From: Candidatus Hermodarchaeota archaeon
GTDB taxonomy: Archaea; Asgardarchaeota; Heimdallarchaeia; Hodarchaeales; Hodarchaeaceae
Reading direction: 5' to 3'
DNA length: 32,000 nucleotides
Assembly: GCA_048886185.1 (NCBI GenBank)
Contig: JBHLKY010000028.1
Span: 1 to 32,000 of the forward strand
In this document: one piece after another, positions 9,477 to 18,418 of the stretch
How the letters are laid out: the number at the start of each line of letters is the position of its first letter
Numbering within the stretch: the first letter of the stretch is position 1
The notes under the pieces: generated by a model
What the model was told of the DNA's origin: nothing
The model's database searches: none
What the model saw: only the letters and a program-made list of their open reading frames with translations
Program-made: the position numbers and the translations under genes

Positions 9477-10214
9477 TTATGGTTCTGTTTTATCAAAAGA
9501 AGCTTGGGAAAAGTTAACTTTAAAGCCTATTCGGTTTAAATATTGGAGAAAATTGACTGCTTCTTCATTTGCTGTCGTTTTAAAGCTAACTACTACAGGA
9601 GGTACAATTTCAGATAACGCAGTTTGTGCTAATCTTGTTGGAGTGGATTTTGTTTTCGATAAACGATCCTCTACAATTCTATTTCGAATAATAGTTGTTT
9701 TATCGTCAAATCTAATGTAAGTAAAACCCAAAATATCATCATCCCCTTCTGAATTACTTATGGGTTTTTCTTTTGTTATAAATTCAAGAATTGTATCTTG
9801 GAGTTTACTTCCTGTTTTATACGCTATTTTCGCTAGATCGTCAATACTTTGAACAAGGCCGTTTATCATGCCTTTTCTTTCTCCTTTTTTGTTTAAGGCG
9901 ACTGTACTATATGTAACAGTATAATAATTAGGCTCAAAAATCATGTTGAAGCGAGGTGGATATCCGATTTGATCTTTAATTAAGCGGTACGCAAAAGAAC
10001 CTCCTGGGATTAAAGAAAGCAGACCATGAAATGCAGATTCAATAGCAATGATTTTAGCTACTTCCGCTATTCCCTCAATATTTTGTTTATTGATCCAGAA
10101 ACAGCGTGGTTTTCTACTTTTTAGTTCTCCAGCAATAAGATATCCTTGGTAAACTTCTAGGGCTACTGGGCTTTTAAATTCAAGATATATACTTGCGAAT
10201 TGCTCAATCCTCAT
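9477..10214 (-). CDS. Hypothetical protein, probably co-transcribed with the GMC gene
   Basis: 245-aa ORF with GAGG upstream of the ATG; its stop is 9 bp from the GMC start. No motif recognised. Confidence 0.7.
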   Translation of the reverse strand: MRIEQFASIYLEFKSPVALEVYQGYLIAGELKSRKPRCFWINKQNIEGIAEVAKIIAIESAFHGLLSLIPGGSFAYRLIKDQIGYPPRFNMIFEPNYYTVTYSTVALNKKGERKGMINGLVQSIDDLAKIAYKTGSKLQDTILEFITKEKPISNSEGDDDILGFTYIRFDDKTTIIRNRIVEDRLSKTKSTPTRLAQTALSEIVPPVVVSFKTTANEEAVNFLQYLNRIGFKVNFSQASFDKTEP

Positions 10215-10561
10215 TAGGAATCCTCAAATGTGGTTATTCATCTTTCTTTTTAAGGAAAAATCTGAGTATGCTATGTGAAATGGTCCTTTCATCGTATAAA
10301 TGTACTGTAGGTGTAAAAATATAACAATTTAATCCATTTTACTAGATTTAGTAAATAAAGCAATCTTATGCAACAGTTAGGTCTTTATTACACTTAACAT
10401 TTAAGCGCTTTCCTCTTTCAAGTCAGAAATTATAATCATTCTTAACTATCTCCTTTCTCCACTTATTAAACGAAAATAATCTTGATTATCTAAATAAATG
10501 AACATACACTTCAATTATAAGCTACATCACATATCAATGATAATTTTTGCTAGTTGTTTTG

Positions 10562-10906
10562 CTAGACCCGAACTAAAACAATATTTTTAGTATCACTTAA
10601 AGTAAAACTAACTACTGCGTTTTCTCCTGCATTAAGGATAACAACAAACCCATTCTCCCCTGTAAGTATAATTTCTTGAATACTACCCCGATTAAATTCG
10701 GTTAAAACACGTTCAGATAATGAATGGCTTGCAGCAGTCATCGCAGCGATGACTATTTCGTTTTCATCCGATGTGGATGTGATTGGAAGTCCATCTGGGC
10801 TAACAACCGTAATAGCTTGAATAGAGGAGGATTTCGCAAAATACTTCTCTAGAATTCCCCCTAGTTCTCTATAATTAGAACTTATTCCTTTGATTGTATC
10901 AATCAT
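10562..10906 (-). CDS. Roadblock/LC7 (MglB/LAMTOR-like) protein, apparently truncated by a -1 frameshift (restored end would be 10527)
   Basis: IQAITVVSPDGLPI, IAAMTAASHSLSERVLTEF, IQEIILTGENGFVVI, AVVSF. The last helix is missing in frame but GLAKQLAKIIIDM* is encoded in the -1 frame. Confidence 0.88.
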   Translation of the reverse strand: MIDTIKGISSNYRELGGILEKYFAKSSSIQAITVVSPDGLPITSTSDENEIVIAAMTAASHSLSERVLTEFNRGSIQEIILTGENGFVVILNAGENAVVSFTLSDTKNIVLVRV

Positions 10907-11291
10907 GAAGAATCACAGGATTGTTCATGATGACTCAATCCTTCTTTGATTCATTAACTTCACTAGAGAGATTGTTATTATATTCGTTAGAAAGTCTATT
11001 TAAAATGTAGAATACCCTAATCAAATGAAACTTGTTCTTTACATGCAAAAAACCCAACAATTTGATAGATGAATAGAATTATGACACAAAAAAGATTGGT
11101 TGTACTTCGATTCTTTCAAAATTGTTAAAATAAGAAACCCAAGCAAACAATCATAAAGAAGGTATTCTTATTTGAGAAAGGTATTTATTTATCTTAGTAT
11201 TGTTAAGAATTTAACAGAGTATTAATATGCATATAAAAGGCTAAATTCTCACTAAAAGGAATATGACGACTCCAACACTTCGGTGCTCTGT

Positions 11292-12878
11292 ATGTCTGAA
11301 CAAATTAAAATCATCCTATTTAAAGGCCCTCATTGTGCTGCATGCCATCCCGTTTTACGTCATTTAAAGCGAATAGTTGACACATCTCAAGGTGGGGCAG
11401 CCTTAACTATTATAGACACTGACGAAAATCGAGAAATCGCTACTAAATATGGTGTATTTAATGTTCCACACGTGCTTTATAATGATGAGGTCATCCTAAC
11501 AGCAACGCAAGCAGCATCTATGTTTTCAAGTTTTTCAACTGAAGATACAGAATCTCCCACCATGTTTTCACCTGATCAATATGATTTATTCAATTATCTT
11601 TTTAATAAGCTAATTGAGGCGGGAGTTAAGGCGAGCGAGACGGATCGTGATCGTTGGCGTAAATTATCAATCATTAGTGTCTCTGAACGGTTATTAAATA
11701 TTGAAGAACTTGAGACAGTGACCCGTCCCTCTGTAGGCGATTATGTTCATATTGGACATCTTCAGTCTATTGTGACTTCTCTTTTAGCTATTAATCCGAG
11801 CGCAAAATCTTATCTATTTCGTTCTGGAGAATTAGCTGGAAAATTTGGATCAGCTCAGTCTTGGATTCATAGGTATAATCCTAAGATTATGGAAACTCAT
11901 CGAATGAAATCTCGCTTTAAAGAAATGCTAAAGGGATTCAAGATTCTATATGGGCCAAACCCTGAGGGCCTTAATATCTCATCGGAGCCTACTGTCACTC
12001 AAATTGCTCCTTACCATGCTAAATTACAAATTAAAGATTCTGGTCTTGCAGTGATGAACCATGATATTGGCCAAGATGTTTGTGGATTTATATCTGGTGA
12101 AATTGCTGGATTGATGGAAGTGACGTTAGGTGAAAAAGCTTCTGTTGTAGAAACAAAATGTTGGGGAATGGGCGATGATTATTGTGAATTTGACATAAGA
12201 CTCGGTGAAGAATCAACACATTATCGTCCATCCACCCTTGAGTCAAAGGAATTCTTCAGTGATTCTGACCGACTCCGTTTTGATGTTTCATTATCAACTA
12301 TTTCTCGGAATATGTTTGATTCAGTCCTCTTTCGTAGAAGAATGAGACCAGCTATTGGAGATTATTGTCATATCTCGGTTTTACAGCATATCATTACCTC
12401 TGTTAAATTTTCTGATCCATTTAATTCAACTTTATTGGCATACGCAGGTCAAAACTATGGTCAAATCCTAGAAGATGTGGGAAGTATCAGTCGAATTATG
12501 ATGAGGCAGAATCTGAATTATGCGTTTCCAATGGAATTTCCACAAGCTTGTGAAGTATTAGCACATTATTTCAATAAAAGAGGACATTTAACTAGAATAC
12601 ATGGGGATGTAACAGTCGAGATAATCGATGATGAATCAGCAATTTTCAGAATTTGGGAAAGTGCTGAAACATCTGGCATTGATTTATCAACAGTTGACCT
12701 CTCAGCCCTTTTTCCAGGCATAGAAAAGCCAACCAAAGTAAATACTTTGGATGATTTTATGGCAGGTTTCCTGAACGGGAGATTAAACTTATTGGTAGAG
12801 GATGAGATCATTGTCAGGGAGATAAACTGTCAGGCAAATGGTCATCAGTACTGTGAATTTGAAGCAGAGCTAGATTAG
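11292..12878 (+). CDS. Thioredoxin-like domain fused to two tandem V4R-type domains
   Basis: ILFKGPHCAACHP and VFNVPH (CxxC plus cis-Pro). Duplicated RP(S/A)(V/I)GDY.HI..LQ.I.TS units. V4R signatures CGFISGEIAG..VVETKCWGMGDDYCEF and DDFMAGFLNG..VREINCQANGHQYCEF. GGTG lies before ATG 11292; the ORF track start is 11283. Confidence 0.85.
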   Translation: MSEQIKIILFKGPHCAACHPVLRHLKRIVDTSQGGAALTIIDTDENREIATKYGVFNVPHVLYNDEVILTATQAASMFSSFSTEDTESPTMFSPDQYDLFNYLFNKLIEAGVKASETDRDRWRKLSIISVSERLLNIEELETVTRPSVGDYVHIGHLQSIVTSLLAINPSAKSYLFRSGELAGKFGSAQSWIHRYNPKIMETHRMKSRFKEMLKGFKILYGPNPEGLNISSEPTVTQIAPYHAKLQIKDSGLAVMNHDIGQDVCGFISGEIAGLMEVTLGEKASVVETKCWGMGDDYCEFDIRLGEESTHYRPSTLESKEFFSDSDRLRFDVSLSTISRNMFDSVLFRRRMRPAIGDYCHISVLQHIITSVKFSDPFNSTLLAYAGQNYGQILEDVGSISRIMMRQNLNYAFPMEFPQACEVLAHYFNKRGHLTRIHGDVTVEIIDDESAIFRIWESAETSGIDLSTVDLSALFPGIEKPTKVNTLDDFMAGFLNGRLNLLVEDEIIVREINCQANGHQYCEFEAELD

Positions 12879-14174
12879 TTCTATTTGGTCAAATATCTCA
12901 TCTTTTTTTTCACTTCGATAATTTAAATATAAAAGAGATGTAAAAGAAATTATAATCAGACCAACAATACTTATTATTGCAGAGATAGGAAAAAACGGAT
13001 TGGATAAGTAAGTTTCATACCCTTCAATTGACCAAAGTATGGACCAGAAGCCATAACCAAGATAAACAAAGAAAAGGCCAACAATTAGCATTCCAGGGAA
13101 CAAATTACTCTTCTTCTGTTCTTCAGGACTAGAATAATCAGCGATTAAAAAAAACAAACTAATAGTGAAAAATGGGAAGAAAAATGGGATGTAGTGAGGA
13201 TATAAAATTCGGTTAAAAGCCATAAAAATGGTCATAAAGGGGAGAACAGCTTCAATGAGTGTTCTAGATTTCGTTACAGGTACTTTAATAATCAAGAATA
13301 TGAGGTACAATCCAATAAAGACTAATTGAATAATAAAAGGGATGAGTGTTGCTGAAAGATCTTGGAGGAAATAAGTGTATAAGGACATACTTGGATCAGG
13401 CCTTTCAACATGAATAAGAAAAACATCACTGAGATACTCTACGGGGGCTAATAATAGAAAAGGAAGCGATCCAAGTAGAAATGTGATACCTGTAATTGCC
13501 CAAGGAATAATCGATTTAATTTCACGCATATGAACACCCCAAACTAGAATTGGTAACATGTAGATTCCCGCTATTGGTTTTACTAACAATGCGAACCCGA
13601 AAAATAAGCCACTTTTGCAATTGTTGTTATTTCTAAGCAAAATGAATCCTAATAGTACAAAAAAAATCATAAAATTTTCATGATATCCACCAAAGATGAC
13701 CCCGAGCGTTGAAGGGTTCAATAAAAACCAGTTCATGGCTGTTAGCGCAAGAAGGTTTCCTTTAGGATGGGATTGAAGATAATCTTTAATTATTAAATAT
13801 ATTAAGATTCCTACAATTAGGTTTACTATAATAAGAAACAACTTGGCCGTTTGCCATGTGAAAACATCCACTCCAATTATAGCTATTAAAAGCCCAAGAG
13901 TATATAGATAAAGGGGTGGATATTGTGGCCGAGGAAGTTCAACGCTATCTGTCATGAATTTTCCAATATCGCGATAAAGTAGTTTTCCTTGTGCAATCTT
14001 TTTAGCAGCCTCAAACTGAAGAACAAAATCCACAGGATTATAATAGACTAAGCCCAAAATCAAGTGAATAACTAAATTACAGGACAGTGAAAGAAGAAAC
14101 CATCTATATTTCTTGTTGAAATTGAGGTTAAATAAATAAAAAGGGGATTTTTTGTCAACCAGTCTATTCAACAT
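12870..14174 (-). CDS. GT-C fold integral membrane glycosyltransferase (GT87/DUF2029 or PIG-M-like)
   Basis: About 10-12 hydrophobic segments; first-loop motif DFVLQFEAAKKIAQGKLLYRD..QYPPLY; G..HE, LVKP and FNRILYPHY motifs. Overlaps the convergent V4R gene by 9 bp. Confidence 0.75.
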   Translation of the reverse strand: MLNRLVDKKSPFYLFNLNFNKKYRWFLLSLSCNLVIHLILGLVYYNPVDFVLQFEAAKKIAQGKLLYRDIGKFMTDSVELPRPQYPPLYLYTLGLLIAIIGVDVFTWQTAKLFLIIVNLIVGILIYLIIKDYLQSHPKGNLLALTAMNWFLLNPSTLGVIFGGYHENFMIFFVLLGFILLRNNNNCKSGLFFGFALLVKPIAGIYMLPILVWGVHMREIKSIIPWAITGITFLLGSLPFLLLAPVEYLSDVFLIHVERPDPSMSLYTYFLQDLSATLIPFIIQLVFIGLYLIFLIIKVPVTKSRTLIEAVLPFMTIFMAFNRILYPHYIPFFFPFFTISLFFLIADYSSPEEQKKSNLFPGMLIVGLFFVYLGYGFWSILWSIEGYETYLSNPFFPISAIISIVGLIIISFTSLLYLNYRSEKKDEIFDQIELI

Positions 14175-14353
14175 CCATTTACGCTGTGCATTGAATCTAA
14201 CTTGTATTTTAGAATGTTTTCAAATCTCTTAATTTAATTCAGTATGTATATTAAAAAAACAAAAAAACAAAAGAATATTTGTTACTTCAGTAATTTAGTA
14301 AGTGTATTCCTGGTTTAATTCAGTTATTAATCTCTTCAGGATGTCATAGAACT

Positions 14354-15118
14354 ATGGTTAAAAAAAAGCCTCAATGTCCCCAGATGGCATTCTTTATTGT
14401 CAGTCATGGGATTCCTACTGTTTCATTGGGTTTTTCCAGCGAACAGAGTCTCCTTTTTGGTGGAATCTTAACTGCTATCAATTCCCTCACACAATCAGAG
14501 ACTGGAATGGGACAATTAAATGACATCCAAGCGAAAGAAGGACGAATTTACATTCAAAACGCTGGCCAAGATGCTTTGGTGGGATTCTTTGTTTGGAGTA
14601 AAACAGGATTCCCCCAACAGATAAGCCAGCAGATGAGAGTACTTGCTGGAGGACTAGGAGCAAGATATTTATCCGATTACATATTCAATTCTGCATTTGA
14701 AGAAATCTTAATGGTGGGATCACTACCATCTAAGTTTCAAATCAAATTAGGTTACCAATCTATTTTCAATTGGCGTAAACAGCTGAGAGATTCACCTTTT
14801 CACGTAACTGACACCTTAGAAGAGCAGCTTAGAAATGTTGATCGGTCAATCTTTGAGAAGTTAGGATTAGCCCTCTCTGACCTGACATTTCCAGAGAGGA
14901 TAGAAAATGCGATTGATTCGGCCGTATGGTTCGCACTTGAGTCAGCTCTCGAAGATAGTGTTTCTTCCCTCATTACGGCTCGTAATATTGATCAAATAAT
15001 CCCTAACCTGCGCTTAAAAATAAAAAATTTAATGGCTGAAGAAATTAAACAACGTGGACCAGCTGCTCTTCTAAAAAAAGCACTCTTACAAGGAGTTGTA
15101 TTTGATTGGCCTCCATAG
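14354..15118 (+). CDS. Longin-like domain protein
   Basis: beta-beta-alpha-beta-beta-beta-alpha pattern: FFIVSHGIP, LLFGGILTAINSL..E.GMGQLNDI, RIYIQ, LVGFFV, followed by a helical C-terminal half. Confidence 0.55.
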   Translation: MVKKKPQCPQMAFFIVSHGIPTVSLGFSSEQSLLFGGILTAINSLTQSETGMGQLNDIQAKEGRIYIQNAGQDALVGFFVWSKTGFPQQISQQMRVLAGGLGARYLSDYIFNSAFEEILMVGSLPSKFQIKLGYQSIFNWRKQLRDSPFHVTDTLEEQLRNVDRSIFEKLGLALSDLTFPERIENAIDSAVWFALESALEDSVSSLITARNIDQIIPNLRLKIKNLMAEEIKQRGPAALLKKALLQGVVFDWPP

Positions 15119-16896
15119 AAAGTATTACTGCAGGAAAACTCCTTCAGGAATTCATTAAAGGATATGAAGATGATCCTTTTGGGGAGCAGGGCTTAGTAAT
15201 TGTAAAACAATTATTAGATCTAGCTTTTCCCAACCAATCTCTCGCTGAAATACTCTCATCTAAAGAGCTTCTAGAACTGTTAACAGTTGCAGCAACAGAG
15301 TACAATTTCCGAAAACAACCTTTTTTCTTAGCTTTTACTAGTTTTCTTATGGAAAAAACTTCACGAGAACTCCAAAAAATGGATGGTGTTCAATTAAAAA
15401 AGGAATTGGCCAATTTACTTAAAGAAGACACTCGTTTACCAAACCTAGAAATAGATCGAGCCGCTTATGATTTATCTGGGAATCCTGAGTCAGCATCATT
15501 AGCTCGAAACATGTTAGAAAGAGCATTGATTAGTACTACAGCCTCATTATTCGGGTATCTATTAATACAAGAAGAGAATCGGGCTGGGAAGTTTTTTCAC
15601 AATTTAAACAGTAATTGTAGATTCTTTGCACAACGTGTTAGAAAAATAAATACACTTTCAATCATTCTCAAAGAGCTCGTAAACTTTAATTGGCGATGGT
15701 TTTCGATGGTAGGATCTTTACCTACTCTAGAAGATTTAGGAATAAATGATATTTGTAAATACGTTGAAGAACAACCTCAAGCATATATGGAGAAAATTCA
15801 AGCTAAATTCTTTGAAAAACTTGAAAAAGAGTTCAGAAATCCGTTAATGTCTTTGATAGATAAGTGTAGGACTCAGGTTGAAAACCAAAATACTAATTTT
15901 ATGCTAGAAATCGAGTTTGATTTTATCCAATTTGAAAATATTAAGGAAAAAATAATTCGTGATTTAACTAAACTTCAATCTCGAGTCGAAAGTGGTAAAA
16001 AAGTTTCTGCTAAAGAATTTGAGTCAATAAAAGAGAACCTTGAAAAGGAATATAACAAAATAAAGCAAGATATTATCAAAGAATTTACAAATTTCATGAA
16101 ACAAGTGAAACTATCAACGGAACCTCCATGGTTTAAATTTTATAAGCAGGAATTACAATGGGAGTTAGAATCATCAGTAGTTGTAATGGAGGAACTTAAT
16201 GACCAACTGTCATTAAATAATGCGTTTCGTAATGAAAAAAAATCAAAATCCCTCCAGATTGCGCTTGCTATTTTTACGCAGCTTGGAGGGATCCATTTTG
16301 CATTAGAAAACATAATTGCTCACTATTTCTATGAACGTATTCCCTCTAAGCTATTAAGGTTACTTGAGACACCTACGAAACGTCAAAAAATCAAAGAACT
16401 TAAATTTCTTAAAGAAAAACATTATAATGAAGGATTAGACGCAGTTAGTTCGTTTCTTGTTCCATATTCAGAGACCATTATCTCTGGCCTTCTTACATTA
16501 GGAATTTCACAAATAAAAGAATTCTACATCAAAGATAATCCTATAGTATTCATTGATGAAGAAGATCCTAGAAATCCAAAGTATTTGGATATCTTGACTG
16601 TCCCTAGGGAATGGTTTGAGGAAAAACCTCCTGAATCCTATTTTGGAGATGAATATTTTAGTTTTCTGACGAATGAGAACCTAATTAAAGTGGGATTTCG
16701 GCTAAAATCCTTAGATGGGAAAGGTAATAATTTCTTCAAATTAATTGTGTCCTCCACTGCATTAGAAAATGCTCAGATTTATAAAAAGGCAACAAAAATT
16801 CTTGGAAACTTTTCTGGTTATGTCTTTTCAACCGCAATAGGAAATATGAAGGTGTGTCCCCCTGCCCTTAAAGCTGTTGATGATCTTTTTATGTGA
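15106..16896 (+). CDS. Hypothetical alpha-helical / coiled-coil protein
   Basis: 596-aa ORF rich in L/E/K with a heptad-like central region. TTG start overlaps the upstream gene by 13 bp, indicating an operon. Confidence 0.75.
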   Translation: MASIESITAGKLLQEFIKGYEDDPFGEQGLVIVKQLLDLAFPNQSLAEILSSKELLELLTVAATEYNFRKQPFFLAFTSFLMEKTSRELQKMDGVQLKKELANLLKEDTRLPNLEIDRAAYDLSGNPESASLARNMLERALISTTASLFGYLLIQEENRAGKFFHNLNSNCRFFAQRVRKINTLSIILKELVNFNWRWFSMVGSLPTLEDLGINDICKYVEEQPQAYMEKIQAKFFEKLEKEFRNPLMSLIDKCRTQVENQNTNFMLEIEFDFIQFENIKEKIIRDLTKLQSRVESGKKVSAKEFESIKENLEKEYNKIKQDIIKEFTNFMKQVKLSTEPPWFKFYKQELQWELESSVVVMEELNDQLSLNNAFRNEKKSKSLQIALAIFTQLGGIHFALENIIAHYFYERIPSKLLRLLETPTKRQKIKELKFLKEKHYNEGLDAVSSFLVPYSETIISGLLTLGISQIKEFYIKDNPIVFIDEEDPRNPKYLDILTVPREWFEEKPPESYFGDEYFSFLTNENLIKVGFRLKSLDGKGNNFFKLIVSSTALENAQIYKKATKILGNFSGYVFSTAIGNMKVCPPALKAVDDLFM

Positions 16897-16912
16897 AATA
16901 GTTGATATACTA

Positions 16913-16921
16913 TTTTTTTTT
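16913..16921 (+). terminator. Oligo-T tract, possible archaeal terminator
   Basis: Nine consecutive T, 16 nt after the stop at 16896, between convergent genes. Confidence 0.4.
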
Positions 16922-16943
16922 AACATCAAATTCAAATGAATCT

Positions 16944-18302
16944 TTAATTTATATCTCCGTATAGTTTTGAAATCTTTTCTCGCCAGACTGGAAATCCATC
17001 AGGATTTTTCGGATAATTCTCATATAATTCTCGAGCTCTATCCATTCTTTTTAAAACGCCCCTGAATTTAAGAAGAGTTCTCAGGATTCTTTTACCACGA
17101 TAAGCGCGCTGAAGAGTTTTAAAAAAACCTCCAGATATTTCCCCAGTTGCATTTCCATATAATAAATCTCCTCCTTCTACGACTCTATTGTGAAAAACAG
17201 TATTTATTATCGAACTTGGTAAATGAATGATAAAATCTTTCATGATCGCTAATGGTGCATTCACAGGAGCAATAGTAGTCATGAATTCAACACTATAGTC
17301 CCAAAGATTTTTCATAGAAACATCATCATTCTCTAAGGCTGAAGTGATTACCTTTCCAGCCGTTGCAGCAGCGTTAACAGAGATTCCTATTCCTCCACCA
17401 TCTGTGGGTTTCACTTGGGTTCCTGAATCACCAACAAGAAGAAATCCATTCCATACAAGATTATCCTGAGGACGACGAAGAGGAACTCTCCAAGCACCAG
17501 CATGAATTAACTTTGAGTTACGATAAAATGCCTTTTCTCTCTCCAGATATTGATTAAACTGAGTATGAGCGTTCAACTTATGTATTCTCATCACCCCTAG
17601 CCCTGCGTTCATTGAGGACTCTCCTCGTGGGAACTCCCAAAGATATCCACCTGGGCATAAATCTTGATCAAAAGATATTCGAATGAATTCTGGTGATTCA
17701 ATTTCGGTTTGTACATCACGAACTTCACGATAACAGTTACAAACATCCTTAGGGGCTAGTTCACGATCCATAAATGTTTTTTCAGGATCAAGTTTTTTCC
17801 GAAGTACCGCACCAACACCTGATGCATCAACTACAACCTTTGCTGACATTTCGTGAATATTTTTATCTTCTCCCCTGTATTTAATGCCAACTACCTGATC
17901 TTGATTAATAATTGGTTCCTGTACATAAGAAGAGTCGTGAAGTTCTGCTCCAAAATCGATAGCATTGTTTAAAATTCTCATTCCAAGTTTAAATCGGTCA
18001 ATGATTATCCCTGTTCCTCCTTTCTCTACCAATTCAAATTTGACTTCTCTATCTGGGGAAATTAACCAAGCACCTTTGATTTTTTGTCTGATTTCATCTC
18101 CTTTTGGAGGTTCTATTTTCGTAATCTTTTGAATGCGTTTAAAGTGTTCCCCACTTGTAGCATCACCGCATATTTTCACCCCAATCTTTTCTTTAGGTTG
18201 CCTATCGAGGAGTGCTACTTTTAATCCCTTATTTGCTAATGTGGCTGCTGTTACTGAGCCTCCGGTGCCAGCTCCAACTACAATAACGTCATATATTACC
18301 AT
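16944..18302 (-). CDS. Geranylgeranyl reductase family (digeranylgeranylglycerophospholipid reductase-like)
   Basis: YDVIVVGAGTGG, KICGDA, IDRFKL, VVDASG, PGGYLWEFP (YxWxFP), VGDS..VKPTDGGGI. ATG 18302 is preceded by GGTGG; the ORF track start is 18311. Confidence 0.9.
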   Translation of the reverse strand: MVIYDVIVVGAGTGGSVTAATLANKGLKVALLDRQPKEKIGVKICGDATSGEHFKRIQKITKIEPPKGDEIRQKIKGAWLISPDREVKFELVEKGGTGIIIDRFKLGMRILNNAIDFGAELHDSSYVQEPIINQDQVVGIKYRGEDKNIHEMSAKVVVDASGVGAVLRKKLDPEKTFMDRELAPKDVCNCYREVRDVQTEIESPEFIRISFDQDLCPGGYLWEFPRGESSMNAGLGVMRIHKLNAHTQFNQYLEREKAFYRNSKLIHAGAWRVPLRRPQDNLVWNGFLLVGDSGTQVKPTDGGGIGISVNAAATAGKVITSALENDDVSMKNLWDYSVEFMTTIAPVNAPLAIMKDFIIHLPSSIINTVFHNRVVEGGDLLYGNATGEISGGFFKTLQRAYRGKRILRTLLKFRGVLKRMDRARELYENYPKNPDGFPVWREKISKLYGDIN

Positions 18303-18418
18303 TAATTCCACCCAGAATTCACATTGATTTGATTCCAGATAAGTTCGTAATATAATAAGTATTTTGAGGAAATACTAATCTATTTTCTGATACGATTCTT
18401 TGGTAGGTAGAATTATTT

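Noticed and set aside
11263-11367. 34-aa out-of-frame upstream ORF (MTTPTLRCSVC..) preceded by AGGA and overlapping the thioredoxin-V4R start
   Set aside because: Short ORFs with a CxxC arise by chance, and the main ATG has its own GGTG site. It would need ribosome profiling to revive.
14253-14268. A7C-A7C tandem in the divergent intergenic region
   Set aside because: Low-complexity sequence, expected at this AT content.
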